Below, one piece after another: positions 13,081 to 30,115 of a stretch of DNA of 64,000 bases. Positions within the stretch are counted from its first letter, which is position 1. Each line of letters opens with the position of its first letter. The DNA comes from the human T2T-CHM13v2.0 reference genome, Homo sapiens. The translations under genes were made by a program, and so were the position numbers. Location of the stretch: NCBI RefSeq assembly GCF_009914755.1, contig NC_060927.1; one strand, 5' to 3'. The notes below the pieces were generated by a model. The model was not told the DNA's origin. It did not search any database and saw only the letters and a list, made by a program, of their open reading frames with translations.

Positions 13081-14381
13081 AGGTAAGTGTTGGAAAGCAA
13101 AGAGCCCAATTCTGCCCTCCATTACTTTAGTGTGCCTGCTATTAAGGCTGGATTAAGACTTTTGGACACTTTGATTTCTGAGAAGATTATAGTAAACTAA
13201 ATTTGTAAATTAAAAAGAAGCTAGATTATAAAATAAAAAATACATATACCCTGAAGTTATAATAGCTTCTTTTCAGATTATCTGATTGCAAGGTTCTGAA
13301 TACGTTAATTAAATGTATTTTTCAGTTTTGGATACCTTTACTCTGCTTATGTCCTGGCATCTGCTGGGATGATTTATAGGACATTTCAGAGTTCATTCCA
13401 TGTAACTGCTAAAGTGCTTGCTGCCCAAAACTGTGCAACACAGGAAGCCCCTTAACCCTTCTACTGCTTCTTATGACTATGATGACCTCTTATTGTGTGT
13501 GACCTCTTATGTTACCAGAACAGTAGAATTTAATTAATGCTGCTGCTGAAATGGAAGGAGTTCTTTGATTATGGCTACAGACATTGAGATGATGGGAGCA
13601 CATGCTTTTGAAATACCTGTCTGGTGTGGAAACTCATAGCAGGACCCTCATTACACATGAGAACTTTATTGCTTTCAGGACTGCAAGAACTTCCCTGTCA
13701 TTATATAGAAATCATGAAGACAATCCCATCACATAGTCTTATAAGGGTCTAACATTGCCCAGGTAGCTTGTGTCTGCTTTGTTCCTATTACATTTTTGGG
13801 AGGCCCACTAACTGTAATAATAGTTAGAGCTTATTAATCATTGTGGTTGTTAATATATGTCAGAATGTTAACAGGATCCGGGGACAATTTAAGCTTAAGT
13901 ATGTCAGAGTATAAGCTTTTTCACTTCAAAATGAAACCTCTGTGAATTGAACTAGGCTTTACTCATGCTCATTATCTGCCTAGGCACTTTGGTAATGCCC
14001 AGGTGCCTGCAGAGCATGTCAAGATATGTATGTATCTTCTACAAACATCTTCAAGAGCTTCTTCTATCTCTTAACCAGAGAAGAAAGAAAAACAGACATA
14101 CACATGTCCTTTCTGGTAATTTCAACCAAGAAATTTTTAACTTCGAAACCCTGAAAATGCTGTGTGTAGTGGCTTGACCCCATTCCTGACCCCAATTTAG
14201 TTTGAATTCTACTTGGAACAGGGACAGTGATATTTTTCTTTCTTACATCACAGATGAGTGGACTTAATGAATGAGTTAGCATTTGTGTGGCTTCAGGAGA
14301 TCCTGAAGATGACTTTTTGCATTTCAAGTTCAGTGTATTAGTCTCCTTTATAGCATCAAGGTCAGATTAAAGCCTTGAGAT

Positions 14382-14526
14382 CAGTGATTTTCACACTTGG
14401 GCATGCATCTGAATTACCTAGAGGGCTTAAAATACAGGTTTGGTATGTGTCCAAGAATTTGTATTTCTGACAACTTCCTACATGATGCTGATGCTCTGGG
14501 TCCAGACTGCACTTTAAGAACTATGG
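14382..14526. mobile_element. MER5A (hAT-Charlie MITE), internally deleted
   Basis: cagtgattttcacactt...gaattacctagagggc...tgatgctgatgct...cactttaagaactatg. Confidence 0.8.
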
Positions 14527-15274
14527 CTTTATAATCTTTAAGCCTTGAAAGGATTATCGTGCACACTCACCCCAATTTATAATTCAAACAGAACAATACT
14601 AAAGTGTAAAATAAAAATTTTATTTCCAAAAATTATAGAGAACTTAAAAGCTATAAGCTAAAATGAAATGTTTTCTTCCTAGATTTTTTTCCTCTTTCTT
14701 TCTGTGATCCTGTCCTGTGTGATGGGCTATCTGGCACTGTGCATAAGAGTTACTGAGCTTCCTTAGAAGTGGTATTGTATTTCTGCCTGATCCTCAGCAT
14801 CCACATCAGGCATTTAGAGAGCTCATGAAGGTTCAAGGCATTGCATAAAGAGTTGGATATTGAGACTCATTTAGAATATGGTCCTTGTCATGAGGTGGGC
14901 TCCTGGACAGATCAGTGCAAGGTTTTGTGAAAGTACCAGGGAATACCTACTAGGTGCTTTTTTCATACATGGAAAACAAATTGTCTTACATGAAGGCCCC
15001 TCATTTACAAAACGCTAAATTCCCACCAAAATTTCCCATGGGATACAAGAAGCAAGACCAGACATGAACAGGATATTAAGTGATTCTAGGCAGAATTAGG
15101 AGAAAGAAAGAGGGAAGAAATGAAAAGGGAACAGAAAAAAAGTCCAGAATGAGGGCATGGGGAATAGCCAATAATATAGCCAATAGCTATTTTACTGAGG
15201 GCAGATACTTTGAAACATGACATTTCCGTAGTTGAAATTTCTATCCTTGATTTCCTTTCCTCTTCTTCCTTCCC

Positions 15275-15450
15275 TACAAATGTTTATAAAGTTTGCATTA
15301 TAAGCCAAATGTCACAGATAGAGTGGCGAAGAAAACAAGTCCCTGTCTTAATGATTTCCCAGTATAGTCAGGGAGGCAGATAATTACAGAATACTGTGAT
15401 GAGTACACCATACACTGTGAATAAGGCAAATGTGTGTTGGGTGTGTACTG
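15275..15450 (-). mobile_element. L2 fragment
   Basis: gaagaaaacaagtccctgtctt...cagtatagtcagggaggcagata. Confidence 0.5.
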
Positions 15451-16456
15451 GGGTATAACCCCAGTGCAATGTACAATATCCCTGCTACAAAGTATATTAA
15501 CTTCAATGAAACCATAATGCATGTGTATTAAGTGAATTAATGATTGGTGAGTTTCTCTTTTAGCTATGTAAACTTGATTACTGGAACTTCTTTCTAGTTA
15601 ACACCAATATACATAATGTTCTTTGCTATGAGTATGCTAATAAGAGTAATTAATAATATTGTTAAAGGGATTTATTTATATTACAAAGTCTTTTCCTTGC
15701 TACCTCCCCTTGCTACACATGGATCAAATGGAGCTGTCTGGCAAGGTAGCAGACATGTAGCATGTTCTCCGTAAGTTGTCACTAATCCTGAATCTGTTGC
15801 GTTCTTTGGAGTTTTAAAGAAGTTGTAGAAATTTAAATTTTTCATAAGACATAAATCTCTATAAGACATAAACAGAAGGGATAATGGAAAACAGATATTG
15901 TGTATCCACATCAAAATGATCCAAGTGGCTTATAATCCAGAATATCCCTTCTCTCTTCCAATGAAAGTGGTCGCAATGTGTCAGTAACCAAAGTAAAACA
16001 GTATGTTGAAATCTCTGTGAGACTAGCATGAGAAATTTTTTTCTGTCAAGGTGAAAAACACAATAGTGCAAGATTAACTGACTTTAAGTCATCACCACAC
16101 TTAATGGCTTAAGAGTTTGAAGAGCTTAAGCAAGGGAAGTTTCTAAGGGATTCAGAAGCCCTGATGATTTCTCTGGTCTATATCAGTGTTATTGTTTAGC
16201 AGAGATTAAGGAATTATTACCAAAGTTCTATGGAAGAATTGAGGGGTAACAATTTTCAAACAGCAAAACTGATCAGACCTATTAACACATTAAAAGAATC
16301 TTAATGGGAAGTGAGGTTTTGGAGCATCTGTGAAATTCTAATTACTTCTGAAACAACATCCAGTTTGGATGTACAAAGCCTTTTTATAAATATAGTTTAC
16401 CAAGGACATGTATAATTCTGCTGATAACTTTTCTCAGCTAGAAGTGCAGCTAATTT

Positions 16457-16876
<420 letters not shown>

Positions 16877-17129
16877 TTAAGAATGTTAAAGTTTGTAGAT
16901 TACCTTGGCTCATAATGTAGTTACTAAGATATGGAGACAGAATTTTCATTTCTAAGAAGTTCAAAGAAAATGAAGTTAGAGGTCATCTTCTGTCTTTCTT
17001 ACTGAGCAATGATGATCCTAAACAGTTACTGTAGTAACATGTGATCTGTTATCTGAGTAGTAATAACACATACCCAGTTCTACATTTCAAGTCACTGCTT
17101 TCAAAGCACTCTCCTTGTTTGTTAAAGGT

Positions 17130-17410
17130 GACCTTTTCAGATCGTACTTTAAAAAAATAAAACAGTGGTATCCTAACCCACAGGATGAGATTCAAACTCC
17201 TAACCTGGCACACAAGATTTTTTTCTGGCCTTGGCCCTATACATCTAGGTTCATCAATCCCTTCCTCACACCTTACATTCCAGTAGCACCAAACTTCTTG
17301 ATATTTCCATGAATATACTCAGTTGTTTCACACTTCTGAGCTTTCACACTGCTTGATCCTTTCTAGAGAATGCTTCCCCTCCCGACTGCTTGGCAGCTCT
17401 ACTTCTATCT
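17130..17410 (+). mobile_element. L2 fragment
   Basis: caggatgagattcaaactcctaacctggcacacaag...gctttcacactgct...ctagagaatgcttccc. Confidence 0.6.
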
Positions 17411-17413
17411 TTC

Positions 17414-17515
17414 TATTCATTCATTAAGTGATTATTGAAAAAAAAGTTGTATGCCATACTATGTGTTGGCCTCTGAGAATATTTCAGTGAACACAACCTT
17501 GCCCTGCCCTCACAA
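17414..17515 (-). mobile_element. L2 3' end fragment
   Basis: attcattcattaag...tatgccatactatgtg...cagtgaacacaac...ccctgccctcac. Confidence 0.6.
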
Positions 17516-17567
17516 ACACCAGAATTACAAACCTTCTACTTCTCTGTAAAGCTTTCCTTGGGTTGCC

Positions 17568-18137
17568 AACTGATTAGACCATGTCCAAATAAGGCAAATG
17601 CCCAGCTGTAACCAGTAAAGCTGGTTCTATACCTCACTTCCATTTTCTATCGATAAATGCTGCTTGCCTGCAGAATAGAGTTCTCCAAACCTCTTGTGGT
17701 TCTGAGGGCTGTCCAATTCATAAATCATTCTTTGCTTAAATAAACAGTTAAATTTGTCTCCAAAGGCTGGGAAGGAGAGAAGAGAGGAAGATAAGAAGAG
17801 ATTGGTCAATGAGTATAAAGTTAAAATTAGATAGGAGGAGTAAATTTCGGTATTCTATTGCACAGTTGGGTGACCGTGGTTAGCAATATCATATTGTACA
17901 TTTCAAAATGGCTAGAAGAGAAGATTTTGGATGTTCTTACCACGATGAAATGATGAATGTATAAGGTGATGGATATGCTAAATACACTGATTTGATTTTT
18001 ATACAATGTATACATTTATCTAAACACCACATTGTATCCCATAATTACATACAATAATTATGTGTCAATGAAAACAAAATTTAAAACATTTTTAAGAGAT
18101 TTAAGAAATTAATTTGTTCAAAGTTAATCTTTTAACC
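17568..18137 (+). mobile_element. MER57-type ERV1 LTR, split by an L1MA
   Basis: gtccaaataaggcaaatgcccagctgtaacc...cctcacttcc; the 3' end aatttgttcaaagttaatcttttaac resumes after the L1. Confidence 0.7.
17762..18090 (+). mobile_element. L1MA-type 3' end nested in MER57
   Basis: ttagataggaggagtaaattt...gtacatttcaaaatggctagaagagaagattttg...ggtgatggatatgctaa. Confidence 0.88.
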
Positions 18138-18283
18138 CTAAGTTCTAAAAACTTACTCTAACATAGGTCTTCTACAAAGACTATGCACCAATATAGTGAT
18201 TTCAAAACTGGTTTTAAGGTAAATGCAGAAATATTTTTTATGTATTTGTTTCTTATCCTGACCTACCATAAAAGCTCAATGCC

Positions 18284-18575
18284 TATATTGGTCCTCTATG
18301 GATGCATAACAAATTACTCAAAAACATATGGGCTGAAAACAATGATAATCATTTATTACCTCTCATAGTTGCTGTAGGTCATGAATTTAGGAGGGCGTAA
18401 CTGGATGGTTCTGGCTCAGGGTCTCTCATGAGTTTGCAGTTAGCTATCACCCAGGGCCACAGTCATCTGAAGGCTTCACTGGGGCTGGAGATTGCATTTC
18501 CCAGATGACTCACACAGCTGGCCTCAGATCCCTTCCAAATTGGCCTTTCCACAGAGAATCTTGAGTGTCCTCAAG
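18284..18575 (-). mobile_element. MLT1-family MaLR LTR fragment
   Basis: gcataacaaattactcaaaa...ggttctggctcagggtctctcatgag...gtcatctgaaggcttcactggggctggag. Confidence 0.8.
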
Positions 18576-18712
18576 GATAATAATGTTAGATACTGGGCAC
18601 AGTTTTTAGACTGACCAATATTGCTGCCTTGGGAACCTGGATGTGGCTGATGTTCCTACCGCAAACCTGCCTGGATGGACTTCATGTGGTCTCTGCTTCT
18701 TCTCATTATCAA

Positions 18713-19013
18713 TTTTTTTTTAAGACAGGGTCTCACTCTATTGCCTGTGCTGGAGTACAGTGGCACAATCATGGCTCACTGCAGCCTTGACCTCCTGGGC
18801 TCAGGGTAATCCTCCCGCTTCAGCCTCTCATGCAGCAGGGACTACAGGCATGTGCCACTATGCCTGGCTAATTTTTTTTTTTTTTGTATTTTTTGTAGAG
18901 ATGGGGTTTTGCCATGTTGCTCAGGCTGGTCTTGAACCCCTGGGCTCAAGTGGTTCACCTGACTCAGCCTCCCAAAGTGCTGGGATTACAGATGTGAACT
19001 ACCATGTCCAGCC
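18713..19013 (-). mobile_element. AluJ, full length, antisense to NEK11
   Basis: agacagggtctcactc...cagccttgacctcctgggctc...gggctcaagtg. Confidence 0.93.
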
Positions 19014-19436
19014 AAATTCATCTTACTGGCAGAGGCTGGTCATATTTCTACACCCTAATTACATGGGAGACTGGTAAGTTAGTCTTCGGCATTCATGGCT
19101 TTAATGGGAGCCAGGCTCTGTCTCACAAAGTAAAAGATTCCCCTTACAAGGGAAATGAGAATGTAAGGCCAAAAATAACAAATATTTACTATATTAATGA
19201 GCTCCACTGTTGTAAGGATAGAATTTTAGGAATAACTAGAGATGTGAAAGGAGAGATGGCCCTTGCGGTGTCTTGTGGAAACATCTCCTCTTTTGGCTTT
19301 CATAGAAGCTAAGGAGTACATGATACCAGGTAATCATTTTTCAATTTATCTTCTGTTCTGCTGACGATAGTGAGAGCTACATGCTTCCCCCGCAATTGTC
19401 AGGATTCACATTCTAATGAAAAGTGAGAACGCATCC

Positions 19437-20068
19437 TGGTGGTAATGTAAACTAGTACAACCACTATGGAAAACAGTATGGAGATTCCTTAAAGAACTAA
19501 ATGTAGAACTACCATTCAATCCAGCAATCTCACTACTGGGTATCTACCCAAAGGAAAAGAAGTCATTATATGAAAAAAGATACTTACACATGCATGTTTA
19601 TAGCAGCGATTGCAAAAATATGGAACCAGCATAAATGTTCATCAACCAATGAGTAAAGAAAATGTGGTATATATATATATACACCATGGAACACTACTCA
19701 TCCATAAAAAAGAACAAAATAATGGCATGCACAGCAACCTGGATAGAGTTAGAGGGGCCATTATTCTAAGTGAAGTAACTCAGGAATGGAAAACCAAACA
19801 TCATATGTTCTCACTTATAAGTGGGAGCTAAGCTGTGGGGACACAAAGGCAGAATGATATAATGGACTCTGGGGACTCAGGGGGAAGGGTGGGAGGGGGT
19901 GAGGAATAAAAGACTACACATGGGGCACAGTACACACTGCTCTAGTGATGGGTGCACCCAAATCTCAGAAATCATCACTAAAGAACTTATCCATATAGCC
20001 AAAAACCACCTGTTCCCCAAAAACTATTGAAATAAAATAAAACAAAAATTTTAAAAACTTAAAAAAAG
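19437..20068 (+). mobile_element. L1PB1/PB2-like 3' end, sense to NEK11
   Basis: gggtgcacccaaatctcagaaatcatcactaaagaactta...cctgttccccaaaaactattgaaataaa followed by an A-rich tail. Confidence 0.9.
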
Positions 20069-21199
20069 AGAAGGAAGTACTGCTGATACACTTTCCTTAA
20101 GTATTTGAATCAGTCTTGAAGCCAGATCAACCTCCTATTACAGAAAAGCAGGTTTTGTTTTTAAAGCTAAATTTCTTCATGTTGGCAGATAAGAATAATT
20201 AAACTCCCCAAACATTGGCTAGTGTCTCCACAGGGAAAGCACAAATGAAAAAGTTAGGGTCTGGCTTCCACAAATCTCATCTTAGCCTGTATCCACATTT
20301 AATTACTGAATGTCAATCCAAAAAACAGACACTTCGTCTCTTCCTTTTACTGGTAGCTACTGTTCTTAGAGGTTTTTCCTGGTGTATTCAAAAGGAAACA
20401 AGAATTTCCAAACTCCTTAACTCTTGTTGTTTTTAATCATCTATAAAATTCAGGTGAATATTTGCAGTGTGAAATAACCATAATAAAAATATTTTATTTT
20501 CTATCTTCTGGTATTTATCATATTTCCTATAAGTAGCAAGTTTGCTTTTCCCAAGTTGATCCACTTTTTCCCAACTATTTAATTTTGGTGTAGGCAGTGG
20601 AGTCCTATTGATACACTGAGAAGCTGCTCCATGCAAAGCATTGTGGTGGACATCATGGGGAGGTAGTGTAAATTTGCCTTGGGTCTTTTGTAGCAATAAT
20701 GCACCTTTATATATAAGTTTAATATACATTTAAGCTTTACTAGAGCCATAGAAGATAGGATTCTTTTTTTTGTGTCAATGAGGCAACTGAGTCACAGATT
20801 TTTACCTTTCCAAACATCACAGAATCAAGATTCAAACCCAAGTCCTCTAAGCCAGCTCACATACTTGTCCTAATATGCCCCAGCTCCCTTCCTACTGGAA
20901 AGCATTTGAGGTTGTTCTCTCCTAGACCATCTTCTTCCTTTTCCTCCTGTGCTTTTCTACTCCAGCATCCTAATGTGGTTTGGCATTGACACCGCTGATG
21001 CCACAGGGTTGACAACAACTTCTTTGGCAGTGGCTTCTGCCCTGTACCAATAAAATCAATTCTCTGAAAGAGCTGGGGATGGACAAGAAGTGGTAGGAAT
21101 GGTCATGTCATTATTTCTAATACTGCTCTTATCAAATACCCAACTTATTAAAGGAACCAAGACAATAATCTCCATGCCCTCAACCTTATCCACTTCAAC

Positions 21200-21600
21200 C
21201 TTTAGGCTGGGTTTTCTAGGAAGCCGTCTCTGACAGAGTTGAGTAGGCAGGACTTTTATGCATGAGTGCCCTTGGGATTGACCCTGTGGACAGAAGGAGA
21301 AGGATGCAGGATGAGGCAGAGGGAGAAGTTGAGCAGTGATGAAGGCCTGACAAGCCTTAGCCAAACCCTCAGAGAGCTCCAGTCCCATGGGTGTTGCCAG
21401 CAAAGGCCATAATGGTTAGGTTCTCTACCTCTACCATGATCAGTCATTAAAGGTTGCTACTTGGAGGGGCATGATTTGGGGGAAGGCAGCTTTCTGAGGC
21501 TGAAGAATTTCCTGAAGGGGCCACAGCTGGAGGCTGTCTACTCCCAACAGCTGGGGTAGCAAGTTCTTCCTTCAAGGAGGATCTGCATAGTGCATCTCCA
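21200..21600 (-). mobile_element. ERVL LTR (LTR40/41-like)
   Basis: gagtgcccttgggattgaccctgtgg...ggcagagggagaagttgagcagtgatg; the same motif set recurs at 37940 and 46895. Confidence 0.65.
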
Positions 21601-21964
21601 TTTCTGGGGTGTTGAGGTGTTGAGGTGAGGCAGTACAGAGACTACCCTGTTTTGCAGATTCTTCGACAGTTTTGTTGCCATTCTGATGTCCACTATTGTC
21701 ACAGGAGAAGCTCAAGGAAAAATCTTCACCAAGTTTGTGTCAGCTAAGCCTCTCAGCAGAGTAGAGCAGCTTTCACAGTGCCCTGCTGATTCACAGCCCC
21801 TCATAATAAGTCATGGGGCTGTCATCTGGAGAGGTGGAGAAATGAGATGGAAGACATAATGATCACCCCAAATTTCAACCTTTTAGAGGGGAAGTTCTGT
21901 CTGATGATCTTATTTTTTTTTAATTATCACATGAAACTCGTTATTTGGTTGTGGCACTTCTATG

Positions 21965-22140
21965 GGATGTTAGAGCACTCATTTGGGAGTCAGGAAACCA
22001 CAGTTCTAGTCTGGGCTCTGCCCCTTTCTATGACCTTGTGCAAGTCATAAAACCTCTCTTGGCCTGAGTCTTCACACCTGTAAGATGAAGAAATTTGACT
22101 TGAGGTGTTCTAGGGTCACATCCAGCTCAGAATCATGATG
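21965..22140 (+). mobile_element. MIR
   Basis: gggagtcagg...tgaccttgtgcaagtca...aacctctcttggcctgag...ctgtaagatg. Confidence 0.7.
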
Positions 22141-22158
22141 AATCTCTATCATTTAGGC

Positions 22159-22379
22159 CAGAGGTCAGCAAACTATGGCCTGCATTCCAAATCTGTCTCA
22201 CTGCCTGTTTTTGTAAATAAAATGTTACTGGAACACAGCCATGCTCATTCATTTACCTATTGCCTATAGCTATTTTCATGCTACTGAAGCAGACTTGAGT
22301 TGCAACAGAAATTCTATGGTCTATAAAGTCTAGAATATTTACTACCCGCCCCTTTACAGATAAAGGTTTGCTGACCTTG
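22159..22379. mobile_element. MER58A (hAT-Charlie MITE)
   Basis: TIRs cagaggtcagcaaac / gtttgctgaccttg; 8 bp TSD atttaggc / atctaggc. Confidence 0.9.
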
Positions 22380-22934
22380 ATCTAGGCAAATCTTCTGTCA
22401 TGTCGCATTCCAAGGAGTAGGAGGAGAAATATGAGCCATGAGGATATACTTTTGCAATAATTTGGCAAAGAGTGGTATCAGTCAAGTAACTGCTATTTCC
22501 TAAGTATTCCTTAGGAAATTCAGAGCAAGACGAGGGTTAAAGATTAGGTAAGAAGCATTCTAAATGTACAGTGCACCAAGGGCAGTGTCTGTGAGGATTC
22601 CTGAGTAAGCAATGTCTCAGGTGCTTAAGTGAGATCTTGTTTGCCAAAATATCCACCTCTGTGGTCCCTGCATCAGCTCTTTATTACCCACATGGCAGGG
22701 TGTTTAGCAGGGAGGGCAAACACAGCTTTTTCTTTTATGATCAAGGTCATTTGTCCAGCAACTGAAATGGGTAAAGGGAAATTTTAGAAGAAATTTTTCA
22801 AAGAAATGAGAGAAGAAACTCTCTGCTGGTGAAATGTCAGAATTATCAAGCTGTCACTCCTTCAGGGAAAATAACTTTGCTGGTGAGAGACCATAGAAGT
22901 AGGAGGAATCCTGACAATATTACTATTATGAGCT

Positions 22935-23400
22935 GTGCTTTGCACTTTTAGGAAACACAGCATCCAATTGCCAAATGTGTCTTCGTATCATTTTGTTTTC
23001 ATCTCATTGTCAAAACATCCCCATGGGATATTGTCAAGTGTCATAATCCTCATCATTCTATATTTCACAGATGAGAAGAGAGACTTCAGGATGATTTTGC
23101 CTGACATAATGCTCATAACATTTACTGTTGGTCCCAGCCATTTGCTTCTTAGCATTTGTTTCCTTTGATTGCTCTTTATCTTTGTTAGCATAGGCATTGT
23201 CTTCCCAAGTAAATGCTATGCCTGACCTATGTCTTAGATCACAGAATGTTAGAATTGAGGGAAGGCCTTCAGTCTAATGAAACTACTGAAATATAAAATG
23301 AGGGAAGTGAGACCCAGGGAGGTGGCCTGAGCTGGTGAGAGAACTAAAAGAATAACTGTGGTCCCCTAACTTGAAGGTTATTGCTTTTTCCACGGACCTC
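22935..23400 (-). mobile_element. Degenerate MIR fragments
   Basis: tttcacagatgagaagagagac; atcacagaatgttagaattg...atgagggaagtgagacccagg. Confidence 0.5.
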
Positions 23401-23597
23401 ATTATACCTCTTTGCATGCCCCATACATAGTATAGTGTCTTATGTATATGTACTCCATAGTACTACTAGGGATCATCTGTATAGATAGCCTATCTTCTTA
23501 ATTGACTGCAAGATTTTTATAGGTTAAGAATCACAGCTACTATTTATATTGCTTTTGATTTAACTCCCACCTATTGAGCATATAAAATATATGGCTT

Positions 23598-24133
23598 AAA
23601 AAACTGGAAAAAGATGAGCAAATTAAAGCCAAAGCAAATTGAAGGGAGAAAATTACAAAAATCAGAGTGGAAATAAGCAAAATAAAGAATGGAAAAACAA
23701 TAAAGGATGTCAGTGAAACAAAAAAAAATAGGTTCTTTGTAAAGATCAACAAATATTGACCAACAAAATAAAAGAGAAGATTCAAATTAATACATCAGAA
23801 ATGAAAGAGGGGACATTACTACTAACCTTAAAGAAATAAAAAGGATTGTAAAGGTATACTACGAACAACAGTATACCAACAAATCAGATAAATTAGATGA
23901 AATGGACAAATTTCTAGAAAGACAAAAATCACTGAAACTGACTCAGAAGCAATAGAAAGCTGAATACAGGGATGTGCACCTGTAGTCCCAGCTATTGGGA
24001 GGCTGAGGTGGGAGAATCACTTGAGCCTAGGAGTTCAAAGTCAGCCTGGGCAACATAGCAAGAGTCTGTCTCTAAACATAAATACACAAATAATTTTTTT
24101 AACAAAAAGAAATAGAAAACCTGAATATGCCTA
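23598..24133 (+). mobile_element. Old L1M ORF2 fragment containing a FLAM/FAM monomer at 23966-24105
   Basis: gaaatgaaagaggggacattactac...gatgaaatggacaaatttctagaaagac; the monomer is flanked by near-repeat aatagaaa..ctgaata. Confidence 0.85.
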
Positions 24134-24144
24134 TCATATTCTAT

Positions 24145-24370
24145 AGGACATAGATTTTCTATATACAAAATCATGTTATCCGCAAATTGAGATAATTTTA
24201 CTTTTTCCTTTCCAATTTGGATTCCTTTGACTTCTTTTTCTTGCCCAATTTCCCTGGCTATAACCTGTAGTACAATGTTATATAAAAATGGCAAGAGAAG
24301 ACATTCTTGTCAGGAGGAAAGATATACTATCCTTTCTTCATGTTACTGGATTTGACTTACTAGTATTTTA
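24145..24370 (-). mobile_element. Old L1M ORF2 (RT) fragment, inverted relative to the preceding piece
   Basis: ORF 23992..24294 reads [29 protein letters not shown] (RT FADD motif region). Confidence 0.8.
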
Positions 24371-24598
24371 ATAAAGGCAAAATTAGGGTTTTGTATTATA
24401 CTTTAAGATCTGGGATACATGTGCAGGAGGTGCAAGTTTGTTACATAGGTATACACATGCCATGGTGGTTTGCTGCACCCATCAGCCCGTCATCTACATT
24501 AGGTATTTCTCCTAATGCTATCCCTCTACTTGTCCCCCAACCCCCGACAGGCCCTGGTGTGTGATGTCCCCCTCCCTAAGTCCATGTGTTCTCATTGT

Positions 24599-28947
<4,349 letters not shown>

Positions 28948-29010
28948 TATGATGCTAGCTCTTTATTTTGCTCATTAGTTGATGCAGTTTCTTCATAGTT
29001 TAAATGGTCT

Positions 29011-30115
29011 TTACAATTTAGCATGTTTTTGCAGTGGCTGGTACTGGTCGTTCCTTTCCATGTTTAGTGCTTCCTTCAGGAGCTCTTGTAAGGCAGGCCA
29101 GGTGGCGATAAAATCGCTCAACATTTGTTTGTCTGTAAAGGATTTTATTTCTCCCTCGCTTATGAAGCTTAGTTTAGCTGGATATGACATTCTGGGTTGA
29201 AAATTCTTTTATTTAAGAATGTTGAATATTGGCCCCCACTCTCTTCTGGCTTGTAGGGTTTCTGCTGAGAGAGCCACTGTTAGTCTGATGGGCTTCCCTT
29301 TGTGGGTAACCTGACCTTTCTCTCTCTTCTGGCTTGTAGGGTTTCTGCTGAGAGATCCACTGTTAGTCTGATGGGCTTCCCTTTGTGGGTAACCTGACCT
29401 TTCTCTCTGGCTGCCCTTAACCTTTTTTCCTTCATTTCAACCTTGGTGAATCTGACGATTGCGTGTCTCGGGGTTGCTCTTCTCGAGGAGTATCTTTGTG
29501 GTGTTCTCTGTATTTCCTGAATTTGAAAGTTGGCCTCTCTTGCTAGGTTGGGGAAGTTCTCCTGGATAATATCCTGAAATGTGTTTTCCAACTTGGTTCC
29601 ATACTCCTCATCACTTTCAGGTACACCAATCAAACATAGGTTTGGTTTCTTCACATAGTCCCATATTTCTTGGAGGCTTTATTCATTCCTTTTCATTCTT
29701 TTTTCTCTAATCTTGTCTTCATGCTTTATTTCATTAAGTTCATAGTCTCTGATATCCTTTCTTCCACTTGATCAGTTCAGCTATTGATACTTGTGTATGT
29801 TTCACAAAGTTCTCGTGCTGTGTTTTTCAACTCCATCAGGTCATTTATGTTCTTCTCTAAACTGGTTATTCTAGTTAGCAATTCGTCTAACCTTTTATCA
29901 ACATTCTTAGCTTCCTTGCATTGGGTTAGAACATGCTTTTTTAGCTCAGAGGAGTTTGTTATTACCCACCTTCTGAAGCCTACTTCTGTCAATTTGTCAA
30001 GCTCATTCTCCCTCCAATTTTGTTCCCTTGCTGGTGAGGAGTTGTGATCCTTTGGAGGGGAAGAGGCATTCTGATTTTTGAAATTTTCAGTCTTTTTGTG
30101 CTGGTTTTTCCTCAT
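29011..30115 (-). pseudogene. L1 ORF1p, disrupted by stops and an 83 bp duplication
   Basis: ORF pieces MRKNQHKKTENFKNQNASSPPKDHNSSPARE... and KPNLCLIGVPESD...; stop at 29011-13. Confidence 0.9.
29239..29404. repeat. 83 bp tandem duplication inside L1 ORF1
   Basis: ctctcttctggcttgtagggtttctgctgagaga...aacctgacctttct starts at both 29239 and 29322. Confidence 0.95.
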
